Shown here piece after piece: positions 1 to 9,840 of a stretch of 64,000 bases of DNA (positions are counted from its first letter, which is position 1; the number at the start of each line of letters is the position of its first letter). Location: IMG/VR virus record IMGVR_UViG_3300031993_000006, positions 128,001 to 192,000 of that record, one strand, 5' to 3'. Under the pieces are notes generated by a model, which saw only the letters and a list, made by a program, of their open reading frames with translations, was not told the origin of the DNA and did not search any database. The position numbers were made by a program, and so were the translations under genes. Source of the DNA: a virus (lineage: Duplodnaviria; Caudoviricetes).

Positions 1-26
1 GGTTCGGTGCGGGGAAGGTTGCCAAG

Positions 27-671
27 GTGTTCGGGGTGTCGGTGGAGTTTGCTGAGTGCCTGGGGAACAGTTCGATACCCGGGCGTACCCCGGTGGCGTC
101 GTTGGACGGCGATATCGGAAAGGTGAAGGAACTCGAGGAAGCTGCAGAACTGAGACACGAGGCTGCCTATCGGAATGCCGAGAACCTCCGGGAGTTCCGC
201 GACGGCGGTTCTAGGAAGCTCAAGGTTAGGATGAACCGGCTACTGGAGGTGCCCGGCATGTTTGTCCTCAAGAGGCTGATAGAGGCGGAAGAGTTCAACA
301 TCGCGGCGAAGAACTGTGCATGGAAATATGTCGACTACAACTACGACAAGAAGCGCGAGAAGTTGTTGGAGGCTATAGGGAAACTGCCTGAAGCCGGATG
401 GAAACGCTGGTGGCAGAAGGATGCGGGCGGACATGCAGCCTATATCTTCTATGTCGAGCTTCCCGGAGGTGTCCAGGTGAGCTGGCACGGTATGGATGTC
501 GGGGACATGAGGGATGTCCCGGAGGACCCTGATGGGAAGTGGGACGGACGCTTGGCGTCGACGTTGCCGAAGCTTGTAGACTGTGTGCTGCGGATGTGCC
601 CGTCGATAACGGATACGAAGTTCGACCGTGCAAGGTGCCTTGTGGAAATCAAGGCGAACATGAATAGCTAG
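27..671 (+). CDS. hypothetical protein (may start upstream of the window)
   Basis: 214-aa ORF followed by a GC-rich hairpin; no family recognised. Confidence 0.6.
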   Translation: MFGVSVEFAECLGNSSIPGRTPVASLDGDIGKVKELEEAAELRHEAAYRNAENLREFRDGGSRKLKVRMNRLLEVPGMFVLKRLIEAEEFNIAAKNCAWKYVDYNYDKKREKLLEAIGKLPEAGWKRWWQKDAGGHAAYIFYVELPGGVQVSWHGMDVGDMRDVPEDPDGKWDGRLASTLPKLVDCVLRMCPSITDTKFDRARCLVEIKANMNS

Positions 672-720
672 AAGGCGGACCCTTTCCTGCTTTGTGAACT
701 ACGCGGGCTGGCCGGGATAG

Positions 721-755
721 CCCCGGGAATTCTCGACGGATTCCCGGGGTTTCTC
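721..755 (+). terminator. probable intrinsic terminator
   Basis: CCCCGGGAAT...ATTCCCGGGG stem followed by TTTCT. Confidence 0.55.
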
Positions 756-787
756 GTATTTGGTATAGTTTACAAAATGCGACGATA

Positions 788-795
788 TATAAACT
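788..795 (+). promoter_or_regulatory. putative phage late promoter TATAAACT
   Basis: Motif recurs shortly upstream of most virion genes; resembles the T4 late consensus TATAAATA. Confidence 0.7.
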
Positions 796-825
796 ATGGG
801 GTATGTTTAACCGGGGATAACTGAT

Positions 826-1023
826 ATGCTCGAGAACAAGGCATCGATTGACTCCAAGACAATAAAGGCTCTGATGAGTGGCGTTATTAATGGTAACACT
901 GCCGAAGTGTCCCGTATTGTCGGGGCATGTGTCGAGTCTGAGTATCGTAAGCGGATAGACAAGGCCACCAAGGCTGTATTCGAGTCTATAGCCGCGAATG
1001 TCAAACCGGTCATTTTAGGATAA
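826..1023 (+). CDS. small protein, possible prohead core component
   Basis: 65 aa between a late promoter and the prohead protease, the T4 gp67/gp68 position; call rests on synteny only. Confidence 0.5.
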   Translation: MLENKASIDSKTIKALMSGVINGNTAEVSRIVGACVESEYRKRIDKATKAVFESIAANVKPVILG

Positions 1024-1033
1024 GGGGTGTCTG

Positions 1034-1747
1034 ATGATTCTGGTTGAAGACATAAATCCTGGCGTAGCCCAGTCTAAGATTCGCTACGAGGACCGTATTG
1101 GTCTTGATGGCAAGCCGGTTAAGAGGCTTATTATTGAAGGCTATGCGTTGGTCTGCGATATCTCCGGTATTAACGGGCGTGAGTATCCGAGGGATATTAT
1201 CGCGCGAGAAGTTGAACGGTTGAACCGTGAAGCTGTTCCTTATGGCCGTCTGGCTGCGGAACTTAACCATCCCCGCCTTGACCCGGACGGAAACTCCAGG
1301 GATTACCCGATATGCGAGCTTGACTTGTCTAAGATGTGCGCAGTCGTCGAGGAGCTCCGCATGGAAGGGAACAAGGTGTACTGCCGGATGGTGGTTGCCG
1401 AGGATATGGATGCCGGGCACAACCTTGCGGGCGCTTTGAAGGCCGGGTATCATCCGGGGTATTCAATCCGTGGTGCTGGCGATACCATCCCGAAGGGGGA
1501 CCACGAGGTTATTACCGACAATTACACCCTTATCACTATTGATGTTGTCGGCAATCCTTCCTTTGGAAAGTCGGCTATTGTAAATTCACGATATGAAAGC
1601 CAGGCAATGCCCAAGAATATGAAGGCGCTTACCGAGTCCGCCAACAATCTCAGACGGGAGGTGGCGGTCAACCATAGGCTCCGTGACTTGGGCTATCGGC
1701 AGTTCGAGGTTTCTGGTTTCATGCAGTTTGCTTACTCTCAGGTGTAA
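1034..1747 (+). CDS. prohead core protease (T4 gp21-like)
   Basis: NGREYP, ELNHP (catalytic His), YSIRGAG (catalytic Ser) and DVVGNPSF motifs. Confidence 0.9.
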   Translation: MILVEDINPGVAQSKIRYEDRIGLDGKPVKRLIIEGYALVCDISGINGREYPRDIIAREVERLNREAVPYGRLAAELNHPRLDPDGNSRDYPICELDLSKMCAVVEELRMEGNKVYCRMVVAEDMDAGHNLAGALKAGYHPGYSIRGAGDTIPKGDHEVITDNYTLITIDVVGNPSFGKSAIVNSRYESQAMPKNMKALTESANNLRREVAVNHRLRDLGYRQFEVSGFMQFAYSQV

Positions 1748-1749
1748 AG

Positions 1750-2655
1750 ATGGAACTCAATAAGATATTGACAGAAGAAGAACTTAAGGGATTAAATCCC
1801 GATGCGGTGGCAAAGTTGGAATCCGCACATAAGGCTGAACTGGAGCAGGTGGCCAAGAATGCTGATGCCAAGAGTGCGGCCAAGTTTGAGTCGCTTGCAA
1901 ATGCGCTTGGGCAGAAGTTCAATGAACTGGTCAACAAGGCGGTCACCGAGAGTGTCGGCAAGATGCAGAACGATGCTATCAAGAGTAGGATGGCGGTAGC
2001 GCTTACTCAGATGGCTGGAATCCTTGAGAGTATCGGCATCCCGGCGACCGAGGAAACCAAGCGTCTTAAGAAGGAACTCGAGCTCAGTACTGAGAAGATG
2101 CAGAATGCCTATGCCGAGGTCGAGAGCATCAAGAAGCAGTTGAATCAGCAGGCGAAGATTACCCGCATCTATGAGTTGACCAAGGGTTGCGACAGCGATA
2201 CGGTCAACCGATGCATCGAGCGCTTCAAGAAGGAAGACCTCCGCGCTATTGACAAGGTTGCGATTGCCAACTTCATGGACAATATGGATACCGGCGACGG
2301 AAATACCTATTCAGTCGATGTGGATATTACCAAGGTTCGCCCGGGTGAACGCCCGAATTCCGCTATCATGGATAAGGTCGAGCTTGCCCTTAGCGACATC
2401 AAGGATGATGCCGATATGGATATGCCGGGGTTCCTCGCCGAGGATAATCCGGATGTTAAGCAGCCTGTTCGCCGTAGGAATATGCTTGGTGAGGCCAGTA
2501 GGCGTCCGTTCAAGCCGGAACGGGTTATGTTCCCGGCTACCGGAAGCGCGATGATGGAAGCTCAGCAGAATAACTCCCCGATGGACGAGGATGTGCGCCG
2601 CGCGATGGAAGCCGGTGCAGCCTTCGAGGGTCTCGGGTTTGGGAGATTTGGCTAA
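1750..2655 (+). CDS. prohead scaffolding protein (T4 gp22-like)
   Basis: Directly after gp21; helical, coiled-coil-like and E/K/A-rich, with several hydrophobic-x-E sites. Confidence 0.7.
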   Translation: MELNKILTEEELKGLNPDAVAKLESAHKAELEQVAKNADAKSAAKFESLANALGQKFNELVNKAVTESVGKMQNDAIKSRMAVALTQMAGILESIGIPATEETKRLKKELELSTEKMQNAYAEVESIKKQLNQQAKITRIYELTKGCDSDTVNRCIERFKKEDLRAIDKVAIANFMDNMDTGDGNTYSVDVDITKVRPGERPNSAIMDKVELALSDIKDDADMDMPGFLAEDNPDVKQPVRRRNMLGEASRRPFKPERVMFPATGSAMMEAQQNNSPMDEDVRRAMEAGAAFEGLGFGRFG

Positions 2656-2684
2656 CCGGGAATTTCGTCTCCTTGGTTCCCGGT

Positions 2685-2715
2685 GCGGCGGGGCAGTGAT
2701 GCCCCGCCGTTTTTT
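2685..2715 (+). terminator. intrinsic terminator
   Basis: GCGGCGGGGCA-GTGA-TGCCCCGCCGT stem followed by a T run. Confidence 0.85.
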
Positions 2716-2917
2716 AATCTAGTTTAAGGCGTAGATGACCTGCTGTATAATGTCAGCTTCGCGTTAATCCTAGTGGGACGCTCGCGCCTTTAACCCCCGT
2801 GTCGAGAGGCGAGTACATTACTGTACATATATAATATAGCATCATTCGAATTGACGGTCAACGGTATGAATTAGTTTAATATATGCAAGATAAACTGTGA
2901 AAGACGGAGACTCCCGC

Positions 2918-3841
2918 ATGAATCAGATGGATTTTAACTCAAGACCACAGAACTTTAGCCGGCGTATGCCCGGCACGATGGCAATGCCTAATCAGCAGGC
3001 ACAGCCTCAACCGGGTGGCATTTATGTCAGGCCGCTCAATAACGGTGGCGCTCGCCCGATGGGTGGTGGCAATTTTGCTCCCCGTCCCGGCATAAACCCC
3101 GGGATGAATCCGGGTATGAATCCGGGTATGGGTCCTGGGCAGGGTGGATATGCCAATGGGATGAATGGTTCCTATAATCCCGGAATGAACGGTGGCTACA
3201 ATAATGGGATGGCTCAGGTGCAAGGCGGCTATGGCCGTAGGCGCAATTTCCGCACCGAAAATATTAATGCCGGTGAAACTATTGTTGGCATGGACCGGAT
3301 GACTCCTAATGGCGAACGCTGGGACCAGGTTCGTCTAGGCGATGTTCGCGATAATCTCTCCAAGGAAGAAGCCGATGCTCGTCTTGACCAGCTCGACGAC
3401 TTTATGGAACAGATGAAGGGTACGGTTGACCTCGGTGTTGCTTCTCCGGGGAACGTGGACCAGATTCAGTCATCCATCAGGCTTCTCGTCCAGCTTTTGC
3501 TTGACCCGAATTGCTGGCTCCCGACCGATGTTATCCAGAATCATCGTGACATCATTACGAAGAAAGGTGCCATCGTCGCAAAGAATTTGTGGCAATTTGG
3601 CAATGCTATTGCGATTGCTACTAGGACTAACCAGTTGCCTCCTATCGAGGAATTAATGCCGCAGGCTCGTGACCAGCGTCGTGCCGCTGCACAACAGCAG
3701 GGTGCCGGTTCTCAACAGCAACAGGTGCAACAGCAGGTACAGCAGCAGGTCCAGCCGCAGTATCAGCAGCAACAGCAGTATCAGCAGCAACAGTATCAGC
3801 AGCAGCAGTATCAGCAGCAACAGCAGGCATATCGCCGATAG
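2918..3841 (+). CDS. low-complexity Q/G/N/P/M-rich protein with a central folded segment
   Basis: ATAAACT at 2890-2896, GGAG upstream and ATG at 2918; GMNP repeats at the N-terminus and a QQQQY-type tail. Confidence 0.8.
   Translation: MNQMDFNSRPQNFSRRMPGTMAMPNQQAQPQPGGIYVRPLNNGGARPMGGGNFAPRPGINPGMNPGMNPGMGPGQGGYANGMNGSYNPGMNGGYNNGMAQVQGGYGRRRNFRTENINAGETIVGMDRMTPNGERWDQVRLGDVRDNLSKEEADARLDQLDDFMEQMKGTVDLGVASPGNVDQIQSSIRLLVQLLLDPNCWLPTDVIQNHRDIITKKGAIVAKNLWQFGNAIAIATRTNQLPPIEELMPQARDQRRAAAQQQGAGSQQQQVQQQVQQQVQPQYQQQQQYQQQQYQQQQYQQQQQAYRR
3712..3827 (+). repeat. imperfect CAG/CAA repeat encoding poly-Q with periodic Y/V
   Basis: Repeated CAGTATCAGCAGCAA-like units. Confidence 0.9.
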
Positions 3842-3850
3842 AAAGTTATT

Positions 3851-6800
3851 ATGAATACGATTAGCCTTATACATCGCAAGTACAAGGAGAGTACTGAGAT
3901 AAAGGCCGCTTGGGATTCCGGGCGGGCTTATTGGGTTGAGTGGCTTTCGACGGATTCCGAGAGGAAACCGGCGTACCACTTATGTCCTCCTGTGTACGGG
4001 TGGTACACCGAAGCGTTGAAGGTCGGTAAGATACCGGAACTCGACAATGCGGTGTATTTGGCTACTCTGACTTTCGGCCCGGAATTTCCGTATGCTATTG
4101 AGCATATATGGGCTATCCCGGAACATAGGGATGTTGTCGATACGAGCGATTATGTCAATGGTGAATTGCCGGAATTTGTCGGCAATTTGTTCTTCGTGAA
4201 TGACGGCAAAAACTGGGAATTGTACACAACTTCAAATGTTGTTCCTGATGTGGTGTGGTTCTTGGTCGATTACAAGACGGCTGAGGGAACTACGAATCGG
4301 TTTGAATACTCGATGCCCATTGCGTTTCCTACGGAATCGCGCGAGGCAGGATTCTCGTTGAAAGGTTCGACTTACCATTTTAAGAATAACACGGCTGAAG
4401 ACTGCATCTTTATCGGTGAGTTGGTTTATGATAGCGCAGTTGGCGAAATCCTAGAAGTAAACTATGATGCCGATTGCGAAGAAGGCGTTGAATGTCCGTT
4501 CTATGTTGTTCAGGACGGTAACCGGTTTTCGCTTTGGACTCGCTATACCGTAAGCGATAAGCCGCATGTAGCCTTTGATGTTCCTTTGTACATAAAGTAT
4601 GTCGATGTCGTTACTGGTGATGTTAAGGAAATTGTCAAGCACTTTACGATACACGGCATAAGCATCGATATGGTCGCCGAACCGTTTGTGAAGTATGTAA
4701 GGAATCTTGCGAGCAAGATAGATTCCACTGTACAGGTCGATATACTTGGTGGAAACTTCACCGATGATATGTCGGTACGGATTGCGTTTTCAGATGAATG
4801 GGTGGATGTTATACCGTCGAGCGAAATTTTGTTCAGCAATGAAGGTACCTGGGACAAGATGAGCTTCATTATGGACGGTAACCACGCTTATAAGGTGAAT
4901 GGCGAGGAAGTATGCGCCGTATATGACCTTCAGGTCGGATATGGCGATGCACAGGGATTTGATGGTCGTGGCGGCACGGGCGATGCCAAGATGGCGCTCG
5001 AGAATAACATCGGGCTGATTCGCTATAAGTTTGACGAATCGAATGAGGAAGCTAAGAAGATTGCATCGGCCGGTACGCTCGTGACTACGGATAAGCCGTG
5101 CTTCTATAGTTCGGAAATTTCGATGGTCTATGATGCGACTGATTCTGATGGCAATATGCAGCTCAATGGAGGTGCGGCCGGAAAGTACGGGAAGACAATC
5201 TACTGGAAAGTCAATCCGAAGGTCGATTGCGAAAAGGTAAGGTTTGTAAAGGTCAAGCTTAAGTACAACAAGCGCCTTGATTATCGCCACGGCGAGATGG
5301 TTCTTGACGGAATATATCTCAGCGACGGCGATATAGTGTGGCTCGATGGCCAGCTTGACGGAACGGGTGGCCTTTGGGTCGTGCGCGCGGGGGCTGACTG
5401 GGAAGGCTTGGCGGACTATATCAACTATCCTGACGAAGCGGCTGAATTTAGCGACCCGTGTACAAGTCCGAAGCGCACCCCGCTGGCTGTGGATGATAAT
5501 GTCTTTGTCGACCTTGGTGCCCGGGTGGGTGATTCGGTCAGTTACAGGTGCGCACAGGACGTGCCGAATAAGTATGGGATGCAGTATGTCTGCGGTCATA
5601 CAACTGAACCGGGTGACCTATTGCTCCTTACTAACCAGTCCGACGGAATGAACGGGGTGTGGGAAGTTACTTGCGTCGAATGGATTTACCGTGGCGAAGT
5701 CAATGATGACGGAAGTACTGGGTTTGATGCGAGCGATGCTATTCTTTATCAGAACAACATTGATTTCTGTGCTTGCCGTGACGCGGTTCCAAATCCGATT
5801 TTCAATATCGAGTATTACTACCTGAATGCAGGTTGCTACTTGGCGAAAGCTACTCGTAAGGTGAAGATGATTTGCGCCCGTGCGGGTGCCATCGTGCCTA
5901 ATGCGAAGGTCGTGATAACTGACTACTCGATTACCGCCGGCGCAAATGATGAACTCGTTGTGGATACCCATCGGACGGCTGGGGATGGCGAGGTTGAAGA
6001 TTGCGTAAAGCCGAATGATAATTTTGAAAAGACCAGCGGCGTTGAGACAACCGTGGTTGAACGCGGTTGCGGTGTGGATGGGACATACCTTGTAGCTCCG
6101 GACTGTAACGAGATTTGCGATTGCCCGCGTTATTATACTCTCCCGAATAATTTCAGTAATTCGTCGGTGAACTCCGGGTTTACTATCGTGTTCTGGCAGT
6201 TTGGTGAAGGTGGCTGGCACTTGTATGCGTATATCTGCCGCAAGGCGTCGGGCTCCGGCGTGGAATACCTTGTGTACCATTTGCGGATATGCGGCATTGC
6301 TACTGAGCGTATGGTCGACGAGAATACCGAGGTGTTCGTTGTTGAGGAAGATGGTTCCAGTTACCGCACGAAGGATGCTTGGTTTGTCGAGCACGGGGGC
6401 GTATTGGCTGATGGGTTCTCCATGTACGACCCGGCCTGGGTATTCGTGGTTCCTGTTTTGGGTGAAGACGGTAATCCTGTCGTTGACGAATCTGGTGAAC
6501 CGGTTACCGAGGAAACTCATTATCTCGATGCTCGCACTCTGTATCAGGTATGGGCGTTGCATGGAACGGATACTTTGCACGGAGTGGAGGGGACGAAGAT
6601 TCTTGCTCACAGGGGAATGGTGGGTACTTCCGAGGTTCCCGTTGGGATGCCCCATGTGTATGGCTTCAAGTTCTTCAATGTGCCGATAACCAAGGAGCGC
6701 TTCTGCAAGCTGTATAACGAGGGGCAGGGCGGTTGCATCTGTCAGGATACTTGGAGTGGCTTGGCTACTGACCAGTGCTATGATTCTGAAGGTGAAGTCA

Positions 6801-6922
6801 TTGACTGCGACCAGATGGCATCGGTCGGACCGGCGTTCATTACTACGGATGATGGCGAGATTTTCTTGGCTGAGCGCAACTGCTATGACGAGAGCGGACA
6901 CAAGGTCGAGTGCGAAGAATAG
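3851..6922 (+). CDS. large Cys-rich acidic virion protein (fibre/decoration-like)
   Basis: Two copies of a motif seen in phage fibre proteins (GDIVWLDGQLDGTGGLWVV; GDLLLLTNQSDGMNGVWEV). Confidence 0.55.
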   Translation: MNTISLIHRKYKESTEIKAAWDSGRAYWVEWLSTDSERKPAYHLCPPVYGWYTEALKVGKIPELDNAVYLATLTFGPEFPYAIEHIWAIPEHRDVVDTSDYVNGELPEFVGNLFFVNDGKNWELYTTSNVVPDVVWFLVDYKTAEGTTNRFEYSMPIAFPTESREAGFSLKGSTYHFKNNTAEDCIFIGELVYDSAVGEILEVNYDADCEEGVECPFYVVQDGNRFSLWTRYTVSDKPHVAFDVPLYIKYVDVVTGDVKEIVKHFTIHGISIDMVAEPFVKYVRNLASKIDSTVQVDILGGNFTDDMSVRIAFSDEWVDVIPSSEILFSNEGTWDKMSFIMDGNHAYKVNGEEVCAVYDLQVGYGDAQGFDGRGGTGDAKMALENNIGLIRYKFDESNEEAKKIASAGTLVTTDKPCFYSSEISMVYDATDSDGNMQLNGGAAGKYGKTIYWKVNPKVDCEKVRFVKVKLKYNKRLDYRHGEMVLDGIYLSDGDIVWLDGQLDGTGGLWVVRAGADWEGLADYINYPDEAAEFSDPCTSPKRTPLAVDDNVFVDLGARVGDSVSYRCAQDVPNKYGMQYVCGHTTEPGDLLLLTNQSDGMNGVWEVTCVEWIYRGEVNDDGSTGFDASDAILYQNNIDFCACRDAVPNPIFNIEYYYLNAGCYLAKATRKVKMICARAGAIVPNAKVVITDYSITAGANDELVVDTHRTAGDGEVEDCVKPNDNFEKTSGVETTVVERGCGVDGTYLVAPDCNEICDCPRYYTLPNNFSNSSVNSGFTIVFWQFGEGGWHLYAYICRKASGSGVEYLVYHLRICGIATERMVDENTEVFVVEEDGSSYRTKDAWFVEHGGVLADGFSMYDPAWVFVVPVLGEDGNPVVDESGEPVTEETHYLDARTLYQVWALHGTDTLHGVEGTKILAHRGMVGTSEVPVGMPHVYGFKFFNVPITKERFCKLYNEGQGGCICQDTWSGLATDQCYDSEGEVIDCDQMASVGPAFITTDDGEIFLAERNCYDESGHKVECEE

Positions 6923-6945
6923 ATTTTCAATGAGGAAAGAAACTT

Positions 6946-7749
6946 ATGGCTTCTCAAGATTCAATAGGAATTCAGAAGAAAATTATCGACCTTGACCCGT
7001 ACAAGGCATCGGTTGTGGAAACTGTCGCTGAAGACAGTGAAACGGGTAAAACCGTTGTGGTCGGGCAGGAAACCGTATTCGAACCGGATGAAAATCCGAA
7101 CGAGAATGCTGCGTGGGTCCCGGCTACGGTAAAGCAGGGCGGTAATACAAGGTACACGGTTCGCCTTCCTCTCCCTGTTGCCGGCGATGGCCTCTCTCAG
7201 GATTCCGACGGTAACCTCAAGGTCGATGTCGACCCGAACACGATGGAGATTCTTCCTGACGGCAAGCTCGCGGCAAAGACTGCAGTTCCGGCTGGCATAG
7301 TGTTCTCCAGTACGATTGACCCGCTGACTGAAAGTTTCCAGCCATTTGATATGACTACCGTGTCGGCTAAGGACAATGTATTGAACAAGGATGATGCGGC
7401 AAAGTTTGCATCTGGGCTTGCACCTGCTGAGGGCGAAGTCGAATTTCCGGGTTCTTGTACCTGGATTAAGGTTGATACCCTGATGCATTTCACTGTCGAA
7501 CAATACGAGCGCAGCATCTGGTCGTACCGGTGCATTTACCGGGTGGAAGTTTCTGACCGTGCCGAGCCGATTGATGTTGAATTTTCGCTGGATACGACGG
7601 AGCCTGATAGTACCATTTCAATCCCGGTTTCAATCAAGAACAACGGGAATTCTCCTATTCGTGTGAAGGCTAGCCTCAAGTGGGACAAGGCTGGTGAGGG
7701 TGAATTGGGAGTCGCGTGTATCGCCAAGATATCTATGACCGCCGTCTAG
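6946..7749 (+). CDS. putative virion fibre-like protein
   Basis: AGDGLSQDSDGNLKVDVDPNTMEILPDGKL shaft-type repeat followed by a beta-rich C-terminus. Confidence 0.5.
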   Translation: MASQDSIGIQKKIIDLDPYKASVVETVAEDSETGKTVVVGQETVFEPDENPNENAAWVPATVKQGGNTRYTVRLPLPVAGDGLSQDSDGNLKVDVDPNTMEILPDGKLAAKTAVPAGIVFSSTIDPLTESFQPFDMTTVSAKDNVLNKDDAAKFASGLAPAEGEVEFPGSCTWIKVDTLMHFTVEQYERSIWSYRCIYRVEVSDRAEPIDVEFSLDTTEPDSTISIPVSIKNNGNSPIRVKASLKWDKAGEGELGVACIAKISMTAV

Positions 7750-7797
7750 TCAACGAAAGAACTAGTTTACGGTAAAAGTAGATATAGGTGGTATCGC

Positions 7798-8697
7798 ATG
7801 GCATCAAGTGCAAAGGAAAAGAAATACCGTCGTCCTCGTCAGAAGAAAGTTCCGGCTATGGCCGCCGAGTTCGACGAGAACGGTCACCAGACCGTCCAGT
7901 CGATGATGTATGGACGCATCGACCCGAATTACCTTACCCGTTTGATTATGGAATATAAGGCGTATATGGACCCGTTCGTTGCCGAGCGGGAAGCCATTGC
8001 CGCCATTGACAAGGAAAAGGCTGCGAAGATGGTCCCGCCGGAAATGGGCTGGCATCTTGGGCGCTGCGTGGATATTATCATCAAGAAGACCCTCGGTCTT
8101 CCCCGTTGGCGCGACTATAGCTCCGGGTGGCACGAGGAAATGTACGCACACGCATTGCTGTTGGTTCTTCGTTATCTCCACCGGTTCGACCCGGCGAAGG
8201 TGACTTCCGACCCGTTCTTCTATGCCGGTATGATTGTGTGGAATGCATGTAACCAGGTGTGGAATGTCCTTGACCGGCAGAATCGCCGAATCAAGTTCAT
8301 CCCGTTGGTCGACGGCATCTATCATTCTGTCGTAGCTATGGACCAGTATGCCGGTGTTCTCGAGAAGGAAGAGAAGAAGCGGGCTGAACGCGCCAAGGCT
8401 GAAGTGGTCAACTCCGGTAGCATAACTATCGACAGCGCCGTTGACATCATCAAGGAAATCGACGAGGCTGCAGGTATTCATATCGAGGAAGACTGGCTTG
8501 CTCAGCTCAATATCAACCGCGCGATGAAGAAGATTGTCAACGGTAAGGTGATAACATTGAAGCCGTTGCCTGCTCTGGAAGCCGCATATTTGGCTAATAA
8601 GGTGGAAGAGGAAAAAGCAGCAGCCGCTCCTGAAGCCAATACGGAAGAACTTGCACCCGAAAAGGAAGAACCCGAGGTTAAAACCGAAACTGCATAA
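7798..8697 (+). CDS. late-transcription sigma factor (T4 gp55-like)
   Basis: WRDYSSGWHEEMYAHALLLVLRYLHRFDPAKVTSDPFFYAGMIVWNA matches the gp55 core pattern F.GY...W..EM..........L..FD......P..Y......NA; acidic C-terminal tail. Confidence 0.8.
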   Translation: MASSAKEKKYRRPRQKKVPAMAAEFDENGHQTVQSMMYGRIDPNYLTRLIMEYKAYMDPFVAEREAIAAIDKEKAAKMVPPEMGWHLGRCVDIIIKKTLGLPRWRDYSSGWHEEMYAHALLLVLRYLHRFDPAKVTSDPFFYAGMIVWNACNQVWNVLDRQNRRIKFIPLVDGIYHSVVAMDQYAGVLEKEEKKRAERAKAEVVNSGSITIDSAVDIIKEIDEAAGIHIEEDWLAQLNINRAMKKIVNGKVITLKPLPALEAAYLANKVEEEKAAAAPEANTEELAPEKEEPEVKTETA

Positions 8698-8741
8698 TAT
8701 ATAAACTTGCGTTTGTTACCAGACAGACGGGGTTTAATACT

Positions 8742-9212
8742 ATGGGAATCGAAATGGGTGCCGTTGGACTGTACGGCCAGAACTTTGATACGCATCCGGA
8801 CTACCGGCATGATATGTTCTATATGGTGCAGAATGTAGCCCGCGGTATCGGCGACATTCGTAGCGGAAAGGCTAACGATTTCCTGAACCGCGCCTACGAG
8901 CAGAACTGGATGCATACTGAAGATGAGCTTGCAAGGCTTCAGGACAAGTTCCTTGAGGATGATATGATTAACAATACTCCGGGTCGCGGTCAGCGCAACT
9001 ACCGCAGGATGGAGTACGATATCGAGAAGAATCCGAACGGGAAGGGTGCCGCGGAAGACCGCAAGCTTGCCGAGGAGCGCAAGGTGCTTCCGGCAGAAAA
9101 GGTTCTCGGTTTGATGAGGCAGCATCTTTATGCGATGTGCACGACCGCATCCGCCGTGAAGAGTACACCAATCAAGCAGAAGGACTACGACGGCCAGATA
9201 AAGCTCAGGTAG
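8742..9212 (+). CDS. hypothetical late protein
   Basis: 156-aa ORF after TATAAACT at 8700-8707. Confidence 0.7.
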   Translation: MGIEMGAVGLYGQNFDTHPDYRHDMFYMVQNVARGIGDIRSGKANDFLNRAYEQNWMHTEDELARLQDKFLEDDMINNTPGRGQRNYRRMEYDIEKNPNGKGAAEDRKLAEERKVLPAEKVLGLMRQHLYAMCTTASAVKSTPIKQKDYDGQIKLR

Positions 9213-9244
9213 TTCATTCTTAATCGTCCGATGGGTAAAATTTG

Positions 9245-9275
9245 AGACGGAAATTGTTTAATTTCCGTCTTTTTT
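9245..9275 (+). terminator. intrinsic terminator
   Basis: AGACGGAAATT-GTTT-AATTTCCGTCT followed by a T run. Confidence 0.85.
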
Positions 9276-9300
9276 GTTGGATTTTCCTGGAAAAGTAAAG

Positions 9301-9317
9301 TTGGCACGGTTTTTGCT
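9301..9317 (+). promoter_or_regulatory. sigma54 (-24/-12) consensus promoter
   Basis: TTGGCACGGTTTTTGCT matches YTGGCACGRNNNTTGCW at every position. Confidence 0.65.
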
Positions 9318-9354
9318 ATATGACGGCGGAAACAATTAAGCAAAGGAGCTTAAA

Positions 9355-9741
9355 ATGAATGATATGTTGAATAGGGTTGTGCCTGGTTTTGGTTTTCTCT
9401 TTGGTGACCAGGGTATCCGTGATATGTTGAACCGTCTTGACAATACTGCACAGGCGGTGAAGCAGCCGGCTTACGAGTTGAGTGAGGATGGCAAGGAAAT
9501 CTTCGTGGACCTACCGGGTTGCAAGAAGGAAGATATTTCTATTGAACTTGGTGAAGGTGGCCGGCTATCAATATCGGCAAAACGTGTTCTCGGTGGGAAT
9601 GAGAAGGAATATGGTGTCGTCCTTACATTGACCGACCGGAACTACGCGGTCGATACCGAAAAACTCAAGTATGAGGATGGCGTGTTGCATATTCCTGTCA
9701 AGGAAATCAGGCCGGAGGTAAAAAAGTTGGTAATTCGGTAA
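9355..9741 (+). CDS. small heat-shock protein (Hsp20/alpha-crystallin)
   Basis: VDLPGCKKEDISIEL and KYEDGVLHIP motifs; AAGGAG RBS. Confidence 0.9.
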   Translation: MNDMLNRVVPGFGFLFGDQGIRDMLNRLDNTAQAVKQPAYELSEDGKEIFVDLPGCKKEDISIELGEGGRLSISAKRVLGGNEKEYGVVLTLTDRNYAVDTEKLKYEDGVLHIPVKEIRPEVKKLVIR

Positions 9742-9808
9742 TTCGGGTGTAGTTTTTGCTATATTTGAAATTGCCAGAGATGGTATTCTTCTTAGAAGAG
9801 GTTAAACA

Positions 9809-9840
9809 AGAATTCCCGGGATTCGCCCCGGGAATTTTCC
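9809..9840. terminator. probable bidirectional terminator
   Basis: AATTCCCGGG...CCCGGGAATT stem between convergent units. Confidence 0.7.

Noticed and set aside
7760-7770. TAGTTT as a third promoter class (also near 766, 2872, 35962 and 42940)
   Set aside because: Too short and largely the reverse complement of the late motif; it cannot be separated from chance without statistics.
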